From NCBI GenBank assembly GCA_026421205.1, contig JAPKBM010000007.1, positions 7,723-71,722 of the forward strand: a stretch of DNA of 64,000 nucleotides, written 5' to 3'. The translations under genes were made by a program, and so were the position numbers. Numbering within the stretch: the first letter of the stretch is position 1; each line of letters opens with the position of its first letter. The DNA is from Planctomycetota bacterium (GTDB taxonomy: Bacteria > Planctomycetota > UBA1135). This document shows, in pieces, positions 8,716 to 18,255 of the stretch. The notes below the pieces were generated by a model. It saw only the letters and a list, made by a program, of their open reading frames with translations. It made no database searches and had not been told where the DNA came from.

Positions 8716-11048
8716 GGTAGCGTGCGGGAAACCGTTGCTTTTCCTGTGGAAAGAAGGCGCTGATTCATGTCAAAGTGAATCCAAGGCGAGAGGATTTCTC
8801 GACCATCTTTCAGAAGAAGCTTTGCTTGGGCGCCATTTTCTGACTGTGCCCGCAGGAGGGCTGCTTGGGGCTCATAGTTTATATGGTCACCAAACACTTC
8901 TCCCTCTGGGCATATTAAATGTGCATTTTCCTGAAGCTGAATAGCGAGTTGTTCTGGCGACGGCCGTTGCCAATCAATTCGTGCCGCCTCTCCTGCGTGT
9001 GTACTTGTCGTTAATTGCACTTGGCCTTCTGCTTTTCCGCCGCTCTCAGTAAATTGAATAGTGTGTGCCGTAATTTGCAAGGAACTTTGTGCACGCCTTG
9101 GGTGGCAATGAATTTCGGCATCACCGGCTAAGAGCGAATTCCCGTTTTTGAAAAAAGTAACTTCTTTGGCGAAGACTTGAAACGGGCTGCCATCTAGGCG
9201 TTCCCCTTCAAACCGAAGGAGTCGATCTTCGCCAAGAAAGAAAAGAGAATCTTGTGGCGTCCAAAGAGCTCTCTTGGCTTCGCCTTGGAGGGCCCCAGTG
9301 AAGTGAACATTTCCAATAAATTCCCACTGCCCATTTTCTAGGCGATTGATGAACTTAGCATGAATGAAAAGATGATCTCCAGAAAGGCCGATGGCTTTGG
9401 CCGGAAGAGAAAGGGAGGGCTTCCCTTGTAGATGAAGTGTTTCGCCGGAAAGAACAAAGCGCATGGCTTCTGCCTTGGCAAGACCCTCTTCCAGCGGGAA
9501 GGTTGCGTGGGCGGGGGCTTTGGCTTTTCCTGTAAGAACACTCCGTCGCCCCCCGCGCTGTAAGAGCTCGTCTCCACGGGCAATGAGCTCGCCTCTTTGC
9601 CAGATTACCTCGCCGCGCGCCAAAGAATGGATGTCTTCGGAGGTTGGTCGGGTTTCTAGCGAGTTCGCTTCAACGGACCATGCATTTCCTTCGTCGCGAC
9701 CTTCTAGGCGAAAGCGCTGAGGGACCTGTAAGTTTCCGTTTGGGGTCAGCTGAATGGTAGAAGCCCGTAAAATATCAAGGCCTGGTTTTGATGGGTGTGC
9801 GGCCGCATTTCCCTTTGCAAAGATTCCATCAAAGGGTCGTGAAAAGGCTTCATCGGCAAAGAGCTCCCCCTCTTCTCCTTGATAATGAACCTGTCCCTTT
9901 GCCTCCCAAGTCTTGGCATGTATCTTTGCCCAGTCAGCCCGCAAACTTCCGAGATTTCTTTGGACGTGGACTTTGCCCCAAAGTTCAAGGTCACCCGTTT
10001 TTGAGTCAAGAACAGCTTGCTGAGAGGCCTTGGCGATCTGTTCTTCGCGGCGGAAAAAAGTTGCAGAGACTGGGCCACGAATGAGAAGTTCATGAGCCGT
10101 GTTTTCTTTCCACGTGAGTTGAGCTTGATTTCCAATTAAGTGCTCCGACTTGCCCTGCCACTGTGTTGGAGTCAGCGCGTCTAGCTTTTGGGGTGCCCAG
10201 CCGGACTTGGTCCCCGCTAGTTCCAGTTGCAATCCATTGGTATGTAGAGTGCCGGGCATGGTGGAGTTTTCAGGAAAAATAGCAAGGCATTTTTTTTTCG
10301 CATGAAGTTCTAGCCAGGATTTTTTTTGATCAGAATAGAAACGCCCACCACCGTCATTGTTTCCGGTCAACCAAATGTTGGGCTCAAGCTCCACGGACCA
10401 TTCTGTGTTTCCATTTTTTTGGCCGAAAAGAATGGCCCTGTCTTTTGGGTTGAGCGTAATATCAACCCCTTGAATAAGAAGTCCAGGCGAGGAAAGGGTA
10501 TAGGCTCCTTTGCATCGGACTATTCCGCTAAGAGGACTGAGAAACGCCATTTCTGCCTCTAGAGTAAAATCCTTTCCATCGGTCATTGCGGGGAAGACTA
10601 GGGTCGGTTTTTCAAAAACCCATGGCAGTGTCCTATCCAGAGAGAGTAAATTACTTGCTGAATCGGTTGGAAGCAGCGCGGAAGGTCCATGAATTTCATA
10701 ACGAGGAATGCCATGGATGCCTTTGTCGCCAAATGCCACAACGTGAACCTCAAAGAGCCGCATGCTGTCGTCTTCAGGCGAAGGGTCATGGCCCTGGATT
10801 CTCATTGCTGGAACGCGAGAAATAGTTCCGTCGGATTGTTCGATTCGATCTTCGGCGAGAATAGAGATTGGCCCTTCAAATGCGGTCTCAATCACACCCA
10901 GGCTTTTTACGTTTTGCCGAAACCCCTCCGGGCCAAGACGGGTCTCTTGCTCTGCCCAGTCAATGTGTAAAAGCGCGTTAAGGAAAAAGAGAAATAAAAC
11001 AAGTCCGAAAACAAGCTTTCTCGGCGAGGGGAGCTTTTGCGAAAGCAT
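8712..11048 (-). CDS. Membrane-anchored protein with multiple OstA/LptA-like segments (candidate fused LptC/LptA periplasmic bridge)
   Basis: 778 aa with an N-terminal TM anchor (LVFGLVLFLFFLNALL). Recurrent LptA-like strands are seen, e.g. ITAHTIQFTESGGKAEGQVQLT, GDHINYEPQAALLRAQ and SPWIHFDMNQRLLSTGKATV. It occupies the lptC-lptA slot after kdsD-kdsC. Confidence 0.5.
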   Translation of the reverse strand: MLSQKLPSPRKLVFGLVLFLFFLNALLHIDWAEQETRLGPEGFRQNVKSLGVIETAFEGPISILAEDRIEQSDGTISRVPAMRIQGHDPSPEDDSMRLFEVHVVAFGDKGIHGIPRYEIHGPSALLPTDSASNLLSLDRTLPWVFEKPTLVFPAMTDGKDFTLEAEMAFLSPLSGIVRCKGAYTLSSPGLLIQGVDITLNPKDRAILFGQKNGNTEWSVELEPNIWLTGNNDGGGRFYSDQKKSWLELHAKKKCLAIFPENSTMPGTLHTNGLQLELAGTKSGWAPQKLDALTPTQWQGKSEHLIGNQAQLTWKENTAHELLIRGPVSATFFRREEQIAKASQQAVLDSKTGDLELWGKVHVQRNLGSLRADWAKIHAKTWEAKGQVHYQGEEGELFADEAFSRPFDGIFAKGNAAAHPSKPGLDILRASTIQLTPNGNLQVPQRFRLEGRDEGNAWSVEANSLETRPTSEDIHSLARGEVIWQRGELIARGDELLQRGGRRSVLTGKAKAPAHATFPLEEGLAKAEAMRFVLSGETLHLQGKPSLSLPAKAIGLSGDHLFIHAKFINRLENGQWEFIGNVHFTGALQGEAKRALWTPQDSLFFLGEDRLLRFEGERLDGSPFQVFAKEVTFFKNGNSLLAGDAEIHCHPRRAQSSLQITAHTIQFTESGGKAEGQVQLTTSTHAGEAARIDWQRPSPEQLAIQLQENAHLICPEGEVFGDHINYEPQAALLRAQSENGAQAKLLLKDGREILSPWIHFDMNQRLLSTGKATVSRTLP

Positions 11049-11052
11049 TTAG

Positions 11053-11559
11053 CTACAGCTCTTTCGAAGTAAGAATCAAGTCACATATTTCACGAATGGC
11101 ACCGTTTCCGCCAGAAGCCGACGTGACGTAGTCCGCACCTTTTTTAATGCTGTCTACCGCGTTTTTAGGTGCAAACCGAAGTGCCAAGTCTTGCTGAAAA
11201 AGCGCAAGGTCTGGGATGTCATCGCCAACTACGGCGATTTCTTCTGGCTTGAGAGATCGCGAAGACAAAATATTTTTGTATGCTGGGATTTTGTCAAGTT
11301 CGCCCAGATGGATTTCTGAAATTCCAAGGCGCTTTGCGCGGTGGCCAACGGCAGGATTGTTACGGCCACTAATGACTGCAATTTCTATTCCTGCTTTAAG
11401 AAGGGAGTGCATGCCGTAGCCATCATGAATACTAAAGGTGACCGACTCTATACCGTCGGTGTTGATGGTCACGTGTCCATCTGTCCAGCATCCATCAATG
11501 TCGGAGACGAGTAATTTAATTTTCTTTGCCCGACGCAACAGTTCTGAATGAGCAATCAA
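11053..11559 (-). CDS. kdsC: 3-deoxy-D-manno-octulosonate 8-phosphate phosphatase (HAD-IIIA)
   Basis: LLVSDIDGCWTDG...FSIHDGYG...AVISGR...LGI...VGDDIPDL...GGNGAIREICDLIL matches the KdsC pattern. The start appears to be TTG at 11559, overlapping the kdsD stop. Confidence 0.85.
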   Translation of the reverse strand: MIAHSELLRRAKKIKLLVSDIDGCWTDGHVTINTDGIESVTFSIHDGYGMHSLLKAGIEIAVISGRNNPAVGHRAKRLGISEIHLGELDKIPAYKNILSSRSLKPEEIAVVGDDIPDLALFQQDLALRFAPKNAVDSIKKGADYVTSASGGNGAIREICDLILTSKEL

Positions 11560-12533
11560 AGTTTTACCTCAAGGAGATCTTGAACATCGACAAGGCCGAC
11601 CACCTTTCCGGATTCATCCACGACAGGCATTTGGTCTACATGGGTGTCTTTGAAAAGGCGAAGTGCTTCTCCCACAAGAAGCGCTTGGCTTAGCGTGGTG
11701 GGTTTTTTCGCCATGACTGTGTCGACCGCGGCAGTCGCGTCAAACTTCCCTTGCCCGGCAAGGCGCCGAAGGTCCCCGTCGGTGAAAATACCAAGAAGGT
11801 GTTGCTGGTTGTTCACAATGAGGGCAGCGCCGGGCCGCCCCGGGGTACTCCCCATGGTGATTAAAGTTTCTTGAAGGGAGGTGCCGCTTGGGACAAGTGG
11901 TAACTCCTTTTCCTGGCGCATCATTTCTCCAATGTGCATGAGATCTCTTCCCAAAGAACCGGCAGGATGAAACCGGGCAAATTCCTCACGAGTGAAGTCT
12001 CTACCCTCCAAAATGGCCATGGCAAGTGCGTCTCCGAGCCCAAGCATTTGTGTGGTGCTCACGGTTGGCGCAAGACCCAGTGGACATGCTTCCGAAGAGT
12101 CTTCGAGGATTAGGGTTAAATCGGCTTCTTGTGCTAAGGGAGAATCCTTTTGTGCACAAATGGCGAGGACTTGGGCGCCGAGAGCCTTGACGGCGGGCAC
12201 CAAACAAAGTAGCTCCCTTGTTTTTCCGCTTTTGGAGAGGGCAAGAACAAGGTCTTCTTTTTGAACGCGGCCGAGATCGCCATGCAGGGCTTCGGCTGGA
12301 TGCAAGAAAAGGCTTGGTGTTCCTGTGCTGGCGAATGTGGCAGATATTTTTTGCCCGACGAGCCCGGCCTTTCCCATGCCCGTGACCACAATGCGGCCTG
12401 AGCAATGTAAGAGGCTCTGGCAGGCAGCAAGGAAGGAGTCGCCAAGCTGGTCCGCAAGACCGTTCAGGGCCTGTGACTCAAGGCGGAGAGTTTCCTTGCC
12501 TCTTGCAAGGGCGCTGGATTCATCAAAAACCAT
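11556..12533 (-). CDS. kdsD: Arabinose-5-phosphate isomerase (SIS domain plus two CBS domains)
   Basis: SIS motif GRIVVTGMGKAG..GQKISATFASTGTPS, then the CBS pair ...LLGIFTDGDLRR... and ...VVGLVDVQDLL. Confidence 0.9.
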   Translation of the reverse strand: MVFDESSALARGKETLRLESQALNGLADQLGDSFLAACQSLLHCSGRIVVTGMGKAGLVGQKISATFASTGTPSLFLHPAEALHGDLGRVQKEDLVLALSKSGKTRELLCLVPAVKALGAQVLAICAQKDSPLAQEADLTLILEDSSEACPLGLAPTVSTTQMLGLGDALAMAILEGRDFTREEFARFHPAGSLGRDLMHIGEMMRQEKELPLVPSGTSLQETLITMGSTPGRPGAALIVNNQQHLLGIFTDGDLRRLAGQGKFDATAAVDTVMAKKPTTLSQALLVGEALRLFKDTHVDQMPVVDESGKVVGLVDVQDLLEVKL

Positions 12534-12606
12534 GGGGAACGGACGGAGTCGCCGAAAAGGGTTGGGCTATTGTAGGCAAGCCCTGAAAAGGGGAGAATAG
12601 GGGCTT

Positions 12607-13293
12607 ATGGACATCTTTACCCTCGTTGGCATTGTTGTGGTTGTGGTTTTTTCCATTACAACCCATGAGGCCGCGCATGCCTGGGTCGCTGACCTCCTGG
12701 GGGACCCAACTGCTCGCCGTTTAGGTCGAGTCACGCTGAACCCTCGGCCACACATTGATTTGGTCATGACCATTCTTTTACCTGGTTTTTTGCTTTTGTC
12801 CGGGTCTCCCTTTCTCTTTGGTGGGGCAAAACCTGTTCCTGTTTTAGTTCATCAACTCCGACGGCCCAAAAGAGACTGGGCCCTGGTAGGAGCCGCAGGA
12901 CCGGTCAGCAATTTTCTTATGGCCGTCTTATTGACGGCGCTTTTTGCAGCACTCATTAAATTAGGGTTTTGGACGCGAGAGTCCGCCGGTGGGCAAATTC
13001 TTGTTGCCGGCGTTTACGCGAATATTTTGCTTGGCCTGTTTAACCTTGTTCCCATTCCTCCGCTGGACGGTTCGCGCGTGATTCAGTTTTTTCTACAGGG
13101 GGAGGCTTTACGAGCCTATGAACGGCTGGAGCGTTTCGGGCTTCTGATTCTTGTCGGCATCTTGTTTTTGGCCCCCGAAGTTTTTTGGGGCATCCTTCTT
13201 CCTCTCATGGAATTCTTTCTCTCGACCTTTGGGCAATGGTTTGGTGTTGAGGCCGAAGTCTTTTACGCTCTACGGGTTCTGTTTACGCCATGA
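12607..13293 (+). CDS. Peptidase M50 / site-2 protease family membrane metalloprotease
   Basis: HEAAHAW (HExxH) in TM1 and NLVPIPPLDGSRV (NxxPxxxLDG). Multi-pass hydrophobic profile. Confidence 0.8.
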   Translation: MDIFTLVGIVVVVVFSITTHEAAHAWVADLLGDPTARRLGRVTLNPRPHIDLVMTILLPGFLLLSGSPFLFGGAKPVPVLVHQLRRPKRDWALVGAAGPVSNFLMAVLLTALFAALIKLGFWTRESAGGQILVAGVYANILLGLFNLVPIPPLDGSRVIQFFLQGEALRAYERLERFGLLILVGILFLAPEVFWGILLPLMEFFLSTFGQWFGVEAEVFYALRVLFTP

Positions 13294-14207
13294 TTGAGCC
13301 TGCCCATTCCGACGCCCCGGTACCCACCTCAACGGGGGACGCCCCAGCTTCTTCTGGGTCTGAAGCAGCTGTAGGGGAATTCACGATTCGTTTAGATCGG
13401 GTTTTTCAAGGGCCCCTTGATTTGCTCCTCCAACTGGTCCGCGAAAAGGAATTAGAAATTCATCGCGTAGCCTTGGCTGAGGTGAGCGAGGCTTTTTGCA
13501 GCCATATCCGAAGCCTTGGCAAGGTCAATGTTGATGAGGCAGCAGATTATTTGGTTATTGCGGCCACACTGCTCTCCATTAAGTCTCGGTCTTTATTGCC
13601 GTCGGAAGAGATTGAAATGGAAGAAGACCCCTTTGATCCTGGCGAAGAGCTTGTACAGCAACTCCTTGCCTACAAAGAGCTTAGGGCTGTTTCGGACCAG
13701 TTGGGAGACCGTTGGAGACAAAGAAATCGTTGGTTGCCCGCGGCTGGTCGATGGCTTCCTAAAAAGGAGGCCTCCATGGAAGATCAAAACGAGGAAGAGG
13801 AAGAGTGGGACCTTGGGGATTTGTCGATTTGGGACCTGCTGAAAATTATTGCGCGGCTTGAGGAAGAAACCGGCTTCCTTCGGCCACACCACATCAAGGA
13901 AGGGGGGAAGCCTCTTCGGCATTACGTTCAGGAACTTTGGGAAAAACTTCAGGTCGTTGCGGAAACAACCCTGCAGACTCTCATGAAGGAAGGTGGCCAA
14001 TCCCGAGGTAATGCGGCTTACTATTTAGTGGCTCTTCTTGAGTTGGCAAAGCAGCAGCAGGTCGATTTGCTGCAGGCAGAGGCCTTTGAAGATATTCATA
14101 TTCATCGCTCCTCAGAAAGAACGGGCTTTGACCTGGATGCTATTGATGATCAGTTTGATGAGGATCCGGGGCAGCTTGAGCCCGAAGTCGAAGAACTTTT
14201 AGATTAA
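13290..14207 (+). CDS. scpA: Segregation and condensation protein A (kleisin)
   Basis: FQGPLDLLLQLVREKELEIHRVALAEV... is a typical ScpA N-terminus, and the C-terminus is winged-helix-like. ATGA overlap with the M50 gene. Confidence 0.85.
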   Translation: MIEPAHSDAPVPTSTGDAPASSGSEAAVGEFTIRLDRVFQGPLDLLLQLVREKELEIHRVALAEVSEAFCSHIRSLGKVNVDEAADYLVIAATLLSIKSRSLLPSEEIEMEEDPFDPGEELVQQLLAYKELRAVSDQLGDRWRQRNRWLPAAGRWLPKKEASMEDQNEEEEEWDLGDLSIWDLLKIIARLEEETGFLRPHHIKEGGKPLRHYVQELWEKLQVVAETTLQTLMKEGGQSRGNAAYYLVALLELAKQQQVDLLQAEAFEDIHIHRSSERTGFDLDAIDDQFDEDPGQLEPEVEELLD

Positions 14208-14261
14208 AGCTAACTTCTCTGGAGGCCATGGCCGGAGTGGATAAAATCAAGGCCACTCTTA

Positions 14262-14597
14262 ATGGAGAAAGCTATGTCTAGCGCCCTTGATGTCACCGAT
14301 TCTTCTTTTCAGGCCGATGTCCTGAATTCACCCATTCCGGTTTTTGTGGATTTTTGGGCCCCTTGGTGTGGCCCCTGTAAAGCAATGGGGCCTGCTGTCG
14401 ACCAGCTTGCCGCAGAAATGGGGGACAAACTCAAGGTGGTAAAACACAACACGCAGGATGAGGCCAGTACACCAACTCAACTCGGCGTGATGTCAATCCC
14501 TTGCTTTCTTGTTTTTGTTGGCGGCAAAGAGGTCGGTCGTCAAGCAGGGATGATGAATTACGAGCAGCTTCAGGCGTTTGTAGCTTCTCACGTTTAA
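14262..14597 (+). CDS. trxA: Thioredoxin
   Basis: VDFWAPWCGPCK active site, 111 aa. Confidence 0.9.
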   Translation: MEKAMSSALDVTDSSFQADVLNSPIPVFVDFWAPWCGPCKAMGPAVDQLAAEMGDKLKVVKHNTQDEASTPTQLGVMSIPCFLVFVGGKEVGRQAGMMNYEQLQAFVASHV

Positions 14598-14617
14598 ACG
14601 GCCCTAAGGGCGCCTTT

Positions 14618-15550
14618 ATGCGGACTGTTTTTTTTGGCTCTCCTCCATTTGCAATTCCAGCATTTCAGGCGTTGTTGCAAAGTAATGAGTTGCCCATCGC
14701 TTTGGTAACGGCTCCCCCTCGTCGATCTGGCAGAGGGCGCAAAGAAGAGGCAAACCCTTTGGTCGTGATGGCAGAGGAGGCGAGCGTGAAAGTTTTCCGC
14801 CCGGAATCCACCCGCAGCGATGAGTGGCTTCAGACATTCAAAGGTCTCAAGTCCGACCTCGGCGTGGTCGTGAGCTATGGGCAAATATTAAACTGGGCCA
14901 CTTTGGTGACTCCTCGATATGGATTGATTAATTTGCATGGGTCTTTGTTGCCGCGCTGGAGAGGGGCAAGTCCAATTCAAGCAGCTATTTTGGCTGGGGA
15001 CAAGAAAACTGGGGTTTGCATTCAGCAAATGGTAGAAGCATTAGATGCTGGCCCAGTTTTAGCTTGTGCTGAGATCGCCTTGACCCCGGATGAGCGGGCT
15101 GACGAACTCTTCCAACGACTCTCTCGCTTAGGCGCCTCGTTGTTGATAGATTTCTTGAAGGAAGTTAAATGCGGGCCCTTACCTTTAGGAGAGGCGCAAA
15201 ACGCAAGAGCTGTCACAGTGTGCAAAAAAATCAAACCGTCTGATGGAAGAATAGACTGGAATCAATCGGCCGACGTCGTGGATCGTCTTGTTCGTGCTAT
15301 GGCAGGTTGGCCATCTGCACGGTCTACGTTACCGGATGGGAGCTCGCTCAAAATTCACACAGGGGAACCCTCATCGTTGGCGGCGAACGTTGAGCCAGGC
15401 ACGGTGATCTCCTTGGAAGGAGGCGTTTTTGTTCAGTGCAACGGCGGATCTTTCCGTATTGACCGCCTGCAACGAGCAGGAAAGGGCGCGCTTAATGCTA
15501 TGGACTACGTACGAGGCTCCTCCATGAAAGAAGGCGAGGTTTTTGGATGA
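14618..15550 (+). CDS. fmt: Methionyl-tRNA formyltransferase
   Basis: MRTVFFGSPPFAIP...NLHGSLLPRWRGASPIQAAI (HxSLLPxxRG motif). ATG at 14618, 20 nt after the trxA stop. Confidence 0.9.
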   Translation: MRTVFFGSPPFAIPAFQALLQSNELPIALVTAPPRRSGRGRKEEANPLVVMAEEASVKVFRPESTRSDEWLQTFKGLKSDLGVVVSYGQILNWATLVTPRYGLINLHGSLLPRWRGASPIQAAILAGDKKTGVCIQQMVEALDAGPVLACAEIALTPDERADELFQRLSRLGASLLIDFLKEVKCGPLPLGEAQNARAVTVCKKIKPSDGRIDWNQSADVVDRLVRAMAGWPSARSTLPDGSSLKIHTGEPSSLAANVEPGTVISLEGGVFVQCNGGSFRIDRLQRAGKGALNAMDYVRGSSMKEGEVFG

Positions 15551-16908
15551 AAGAACAACCGAATGCTCGGCGGATGGTGTTGGAGCTTCTTCTTTCAACA
15601 GGAGATTTTCCAACGCGAAAGTTTGGTGTCTTTGCGGATAATGAGGGGCTGACGGCACAAGACCGTGGATTTGCTCGGCAACTGCTGTCCGGAACGCTTC
15701 GAAACTTTCGAAAATTAGACGTTATTTTGGAGCCCTATTGCAAACGTCGGCTGAAAAGTAAGGCGCTACGTTGGACTCTGCGACTTGGTGTTTACCAACT
15801 TTTCTTTTTAGAGCATATTCCAGATCACGCTGCAGTTCACTCTACCCTAGATTCCGCGCGACCTTTTCTTAAAGGTTTGTCGGGCTTTGCAAATGGCGTT
15901 CTTCGAAACCTGCAACGGTCCGCGAGGCTGGAAGAAGCCTTGCCCGCGGATCCTTACCAAAAAGATTTTTCGCGGAAACGTTTAATTGTGGGCCGACGCT
16001 CCTGGATGTTTGACCGGCCACTTTTTTCTAACCCTCTTCAGCACCCAGCAGAATTTTTAGCAGAGGACATGAGCTTCCCTAGCCTCCTTTCGCGTCGGTG
16101 GGTTTTCGACTTAGGATCGGATGGGGCGCGTCAGCGAATGACATGGATGAATCAGGTTCCACCTCTTTGGATTCGCGTGAATTCCTTGCGCTCGTCGGCT
16201 GAGGCGGTACGCGCTTCTCTGGAGGAGGCCAATGTTTTGGTTCATCCCGGCGCGCATCCACAGTCTTTTCGCCTGGAAAAACACGGCGGAGACATTACAA
16301 AATTGCCAGGGTTTGTGGAGGGCCATTGGGCGGTGCAAGATTTGACCTCGCTAGAAACGGCAGCACTGGCAAACCCCCAGCCTAAGGAGCGTATTTTGGA
16401 CTTATGCGCTGCTCCTGGAGGGAAAAGTTTTGCAACGTATGAATTTGCAAACGGAGAGGCAGAGGTTTGGGCCTGTGACATTGATGAAAAAAGATTAGGC
16501 CGCCTTGCGCCAGAAGCGGATCGGCTTGGGCATAGGATTTCCACACAGGTTCTTTCGGCCAACGGCGGGGGGGAACCGGATGGTCCCTGGGACTGTATTT
16601 TGCTAGATGTGCCCTGTACAAATACTGGGGTTTTGCACAAGCGGCTGGAAGCGCGTGGCCGGTTTTCGAAGGAGGAGCTCCATCGGGCAACCACCGTGCA
16701 AAATCTAATTCGGAAAGCATATTTTCCACGACTTCTTGGGAAAAATACACGTGTGGTCTGGTCCACATGCTCCCTGGAGCCGGAAGAAAATCAAGAAATG
16801 GTTGCTCGTTTCGTGAAGCAATATGCGCTCCGTTTAGAGAAAGAAGTTTTCTTTGAGCCCGACGGTTTCCGCGCAGGCGGATATGCCGCTCTTTTGTTGC
16901 CCGCATAG
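15547..16908 (+). CDS. rsmB: 16S rRNA (cytosine967-C5)-methyltransferase
   Basis: NusB-like N-terminus, SAM motif DLCAAPGGKS, and catalytic DVPCTNTG...TCSLEPEEN. Confidence 0.85.
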   Translation: MKEQPNARRMVLELLLSTGDFPTRKFGVFADNEGLTAQDRGFARQLLSGTLRNFRKLDVILEPYCKRRLKSKALRWTLRLGVYQLFFLEHIPDHAAVHSTLDSARPFLKGLSGFANGVLRNLQRSARLEEALPADPYQKDFSRKRLIVGRRSWMFDRPLFSNPLQHPAEFLAEDMSFPSLLSRRWVFDLGSDGARQRMTWMNQVPPLWIRVNSLRSSAEAVRASLEEANVLVHPGAHPQSFRLEKHGGDITKLPGFVEGHWAVQDLTSLETAALANPQPKERILDLCAAPGGKSFATYEFANGEAEVWACDIDEKRLGRLAPEADRLGHRISTQVLSANGGGEPDGPWDCILLDVPCTNTGVLHKRLEARGRFSKEELHRATTVQNLIRKAYFPRLLGKNTRVVWSTCSLEPEENQEMVARFVKQYALRLEKEVFFEPDGFRAGGYAALLLPA

Positions 16909-16945
16909 GCGGCGCCGAAAGGAAAAGCTTCGGCATAATAGAGGG

Positions 16946-17431
16946 ATGTCAAAGAAGAAAAAAGACCTTCCACCTCGTGTGGACCACGGCACAGTGGTGG
17001 GAAGCCTTGTGGCCTCTGGGGTTCTTCTGCTTTGGCTTTTTACATTGATGAATCCGGGCGAACAAGAGGTCAGCATGGAAAATGCTGTGATGCCCGCTCC
17101 GCTTGCTACCACGGTGACAACTCGTGCACCATCACTGGCCACAGTGGCTTCCCCCAATAGAACAACACAAGAATCCGCATTGTCTCCCGCCATTCAATTG
17201 GGCAAGGAGGGATTGGATCAACTTAAGGAGGCCTACAAGTGGCAAGATGAAATTGGCGGGAACCCCTTTTACTTTCGTGGGCAATGCAAAGAGGCAACGG
17301 AAAAACTTGAAGGAGCTATCGAGCAGCTCGACGAACTCCTTCAAGCCGGAAGCATTTCTTCTTCTCAAGAGAAAAGTGCTCAAGGGTGGCGCGACCATTT
17401 TGCAAAGTCCATTGGGTATACAAGGAAGTAA
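16946..17431 (+). CDS. Hypothetical single-pass membrane protein
   Basis: MSKKKKDLPPRV followed by a TM segment VVGSLVASGVLLLWLFTLM. I recognised no motif. Confidence 0.4.
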   Translation: MSKKKKDLPPRVDHGTVVGSLVASGVLLLWLFTLMNPGEQEVSMENAVMPAPLATTVTTRAPSLATVASPNRTTQESALSPAIQLGKEGLDQLKEAYKWQDEIGGNPFYFRGQCKEATEKLEGAIEQLDELLQAGSISSSQEKSAQGWRDHFAKSIGYTRK

Positions 17432-18255
17432 TGGTACGACTTGGTTTTAATTCGAATAGCTTTGTTGGTCAGCCCTTAGATCAAACGTTGGGGTATTTAG
17501 CAGATTTGGGATATCAGTCTATTGGCTTAACTCCCGATGACGGCATGCTCGATCCACGACATACGACGCCGGAACAGCTCAAGGCGCTCGGTGACCGCTG
17601 CAGAAAACTTGGCTTAACGGTGGTTCTAGAAACCGGCGCCCGATTTCTTCTGGACGGGAAAAGGAAACATCGCCCAAATTTATTAGAGGTTGACGGAACC
17701 GCCGACATTCGCCTGAAGTTTTTGAGGCACATGGTGGAGTGGTGTGAAATATTGGACGCACAGATTCTTTCATTTTGGTCCGGTGTTCTGCCGGATGGAC
17801 AGACCGAGGTCGGCGCGGAAGAGCAGTTTTTGCGGTCGATGGAAAACTTATCACCTCTGGCAGAGAGGCGGGGTGTGACTTTGGCGCTGGAACCAGAGCC
17901 GGGACATTGGGTGGAAGACTTGACTGACTGGTCCCGTATTCATGCAAAGGCAGAAGAGTGCTTTTCTTTGACCTTGGATGTTGGCCATGTTTTAGTGACG
18001 GAAGAGATGGAGCCGGAAGAGGCTGTGAGGCAGTTTCTTCCACAAATTGTCAATATTCACTTGGACGACATGAACCGTGGTGTGCACCATCATTTGCCCC
18101 CAGGTCGGGGTCAAATGAATTGGGAGAAAATGTCTTTGGCCCTTTCCTCTTCTTTACTGACCGAGGTTCCTGCTTGCTGGGAACTCTCTCGAAGCAGTGA
18201 GGAGTTTCTCGAAATTGCTCCTACGGCAAACAGCTTTCTTGTTGGACTCTCATGA
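17431..18255 (+). CDS. Sugar phosphate isomerase/epimerase (xylose isomerase-like TIM barrel)
   Basis: MVRLGFNSNSF..., LALEPEPGHW, LDVGHV, IHLDD are metal-ligand-like positions typical of the AP endonuclease 2 / xylose isomerase-like fold. Confidence 0.7.
   Translation: MVRLGFNSNSFVGQPLDQTLGYLADLGYQSIGLTPDDGMLDPRHTTPEQLKALGDRCRKLGLTVVLETGARFLLDGKRKHRPNLLEVDGTADIRLKFLRHMVEWCEILDAQILSFWSGVLPDGQTEVGAEEQFLRSMENLSPLAERRGVTLALEPEPGHWVEDLTDWSRIHAKAEECFSLTLDVGHVLVTEEMEPEEAVRQFLPQIVNIHLDDMNRGVHHHLPPGRGQMNWEKMSLALSSSLLTEVPACWELSRSSEEFLEIAPTANSFLVGLS

Noticed and set aside
16242-16936. 174-aa and 184-aa minus-strand ORFs opposite rsmB
   Set aside because: They are antisense to a well-supported rsmB frame (SAM motif, catalytic Cys motifs). 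They are Arg/Pro/Ser-rich with no recognisable domain.
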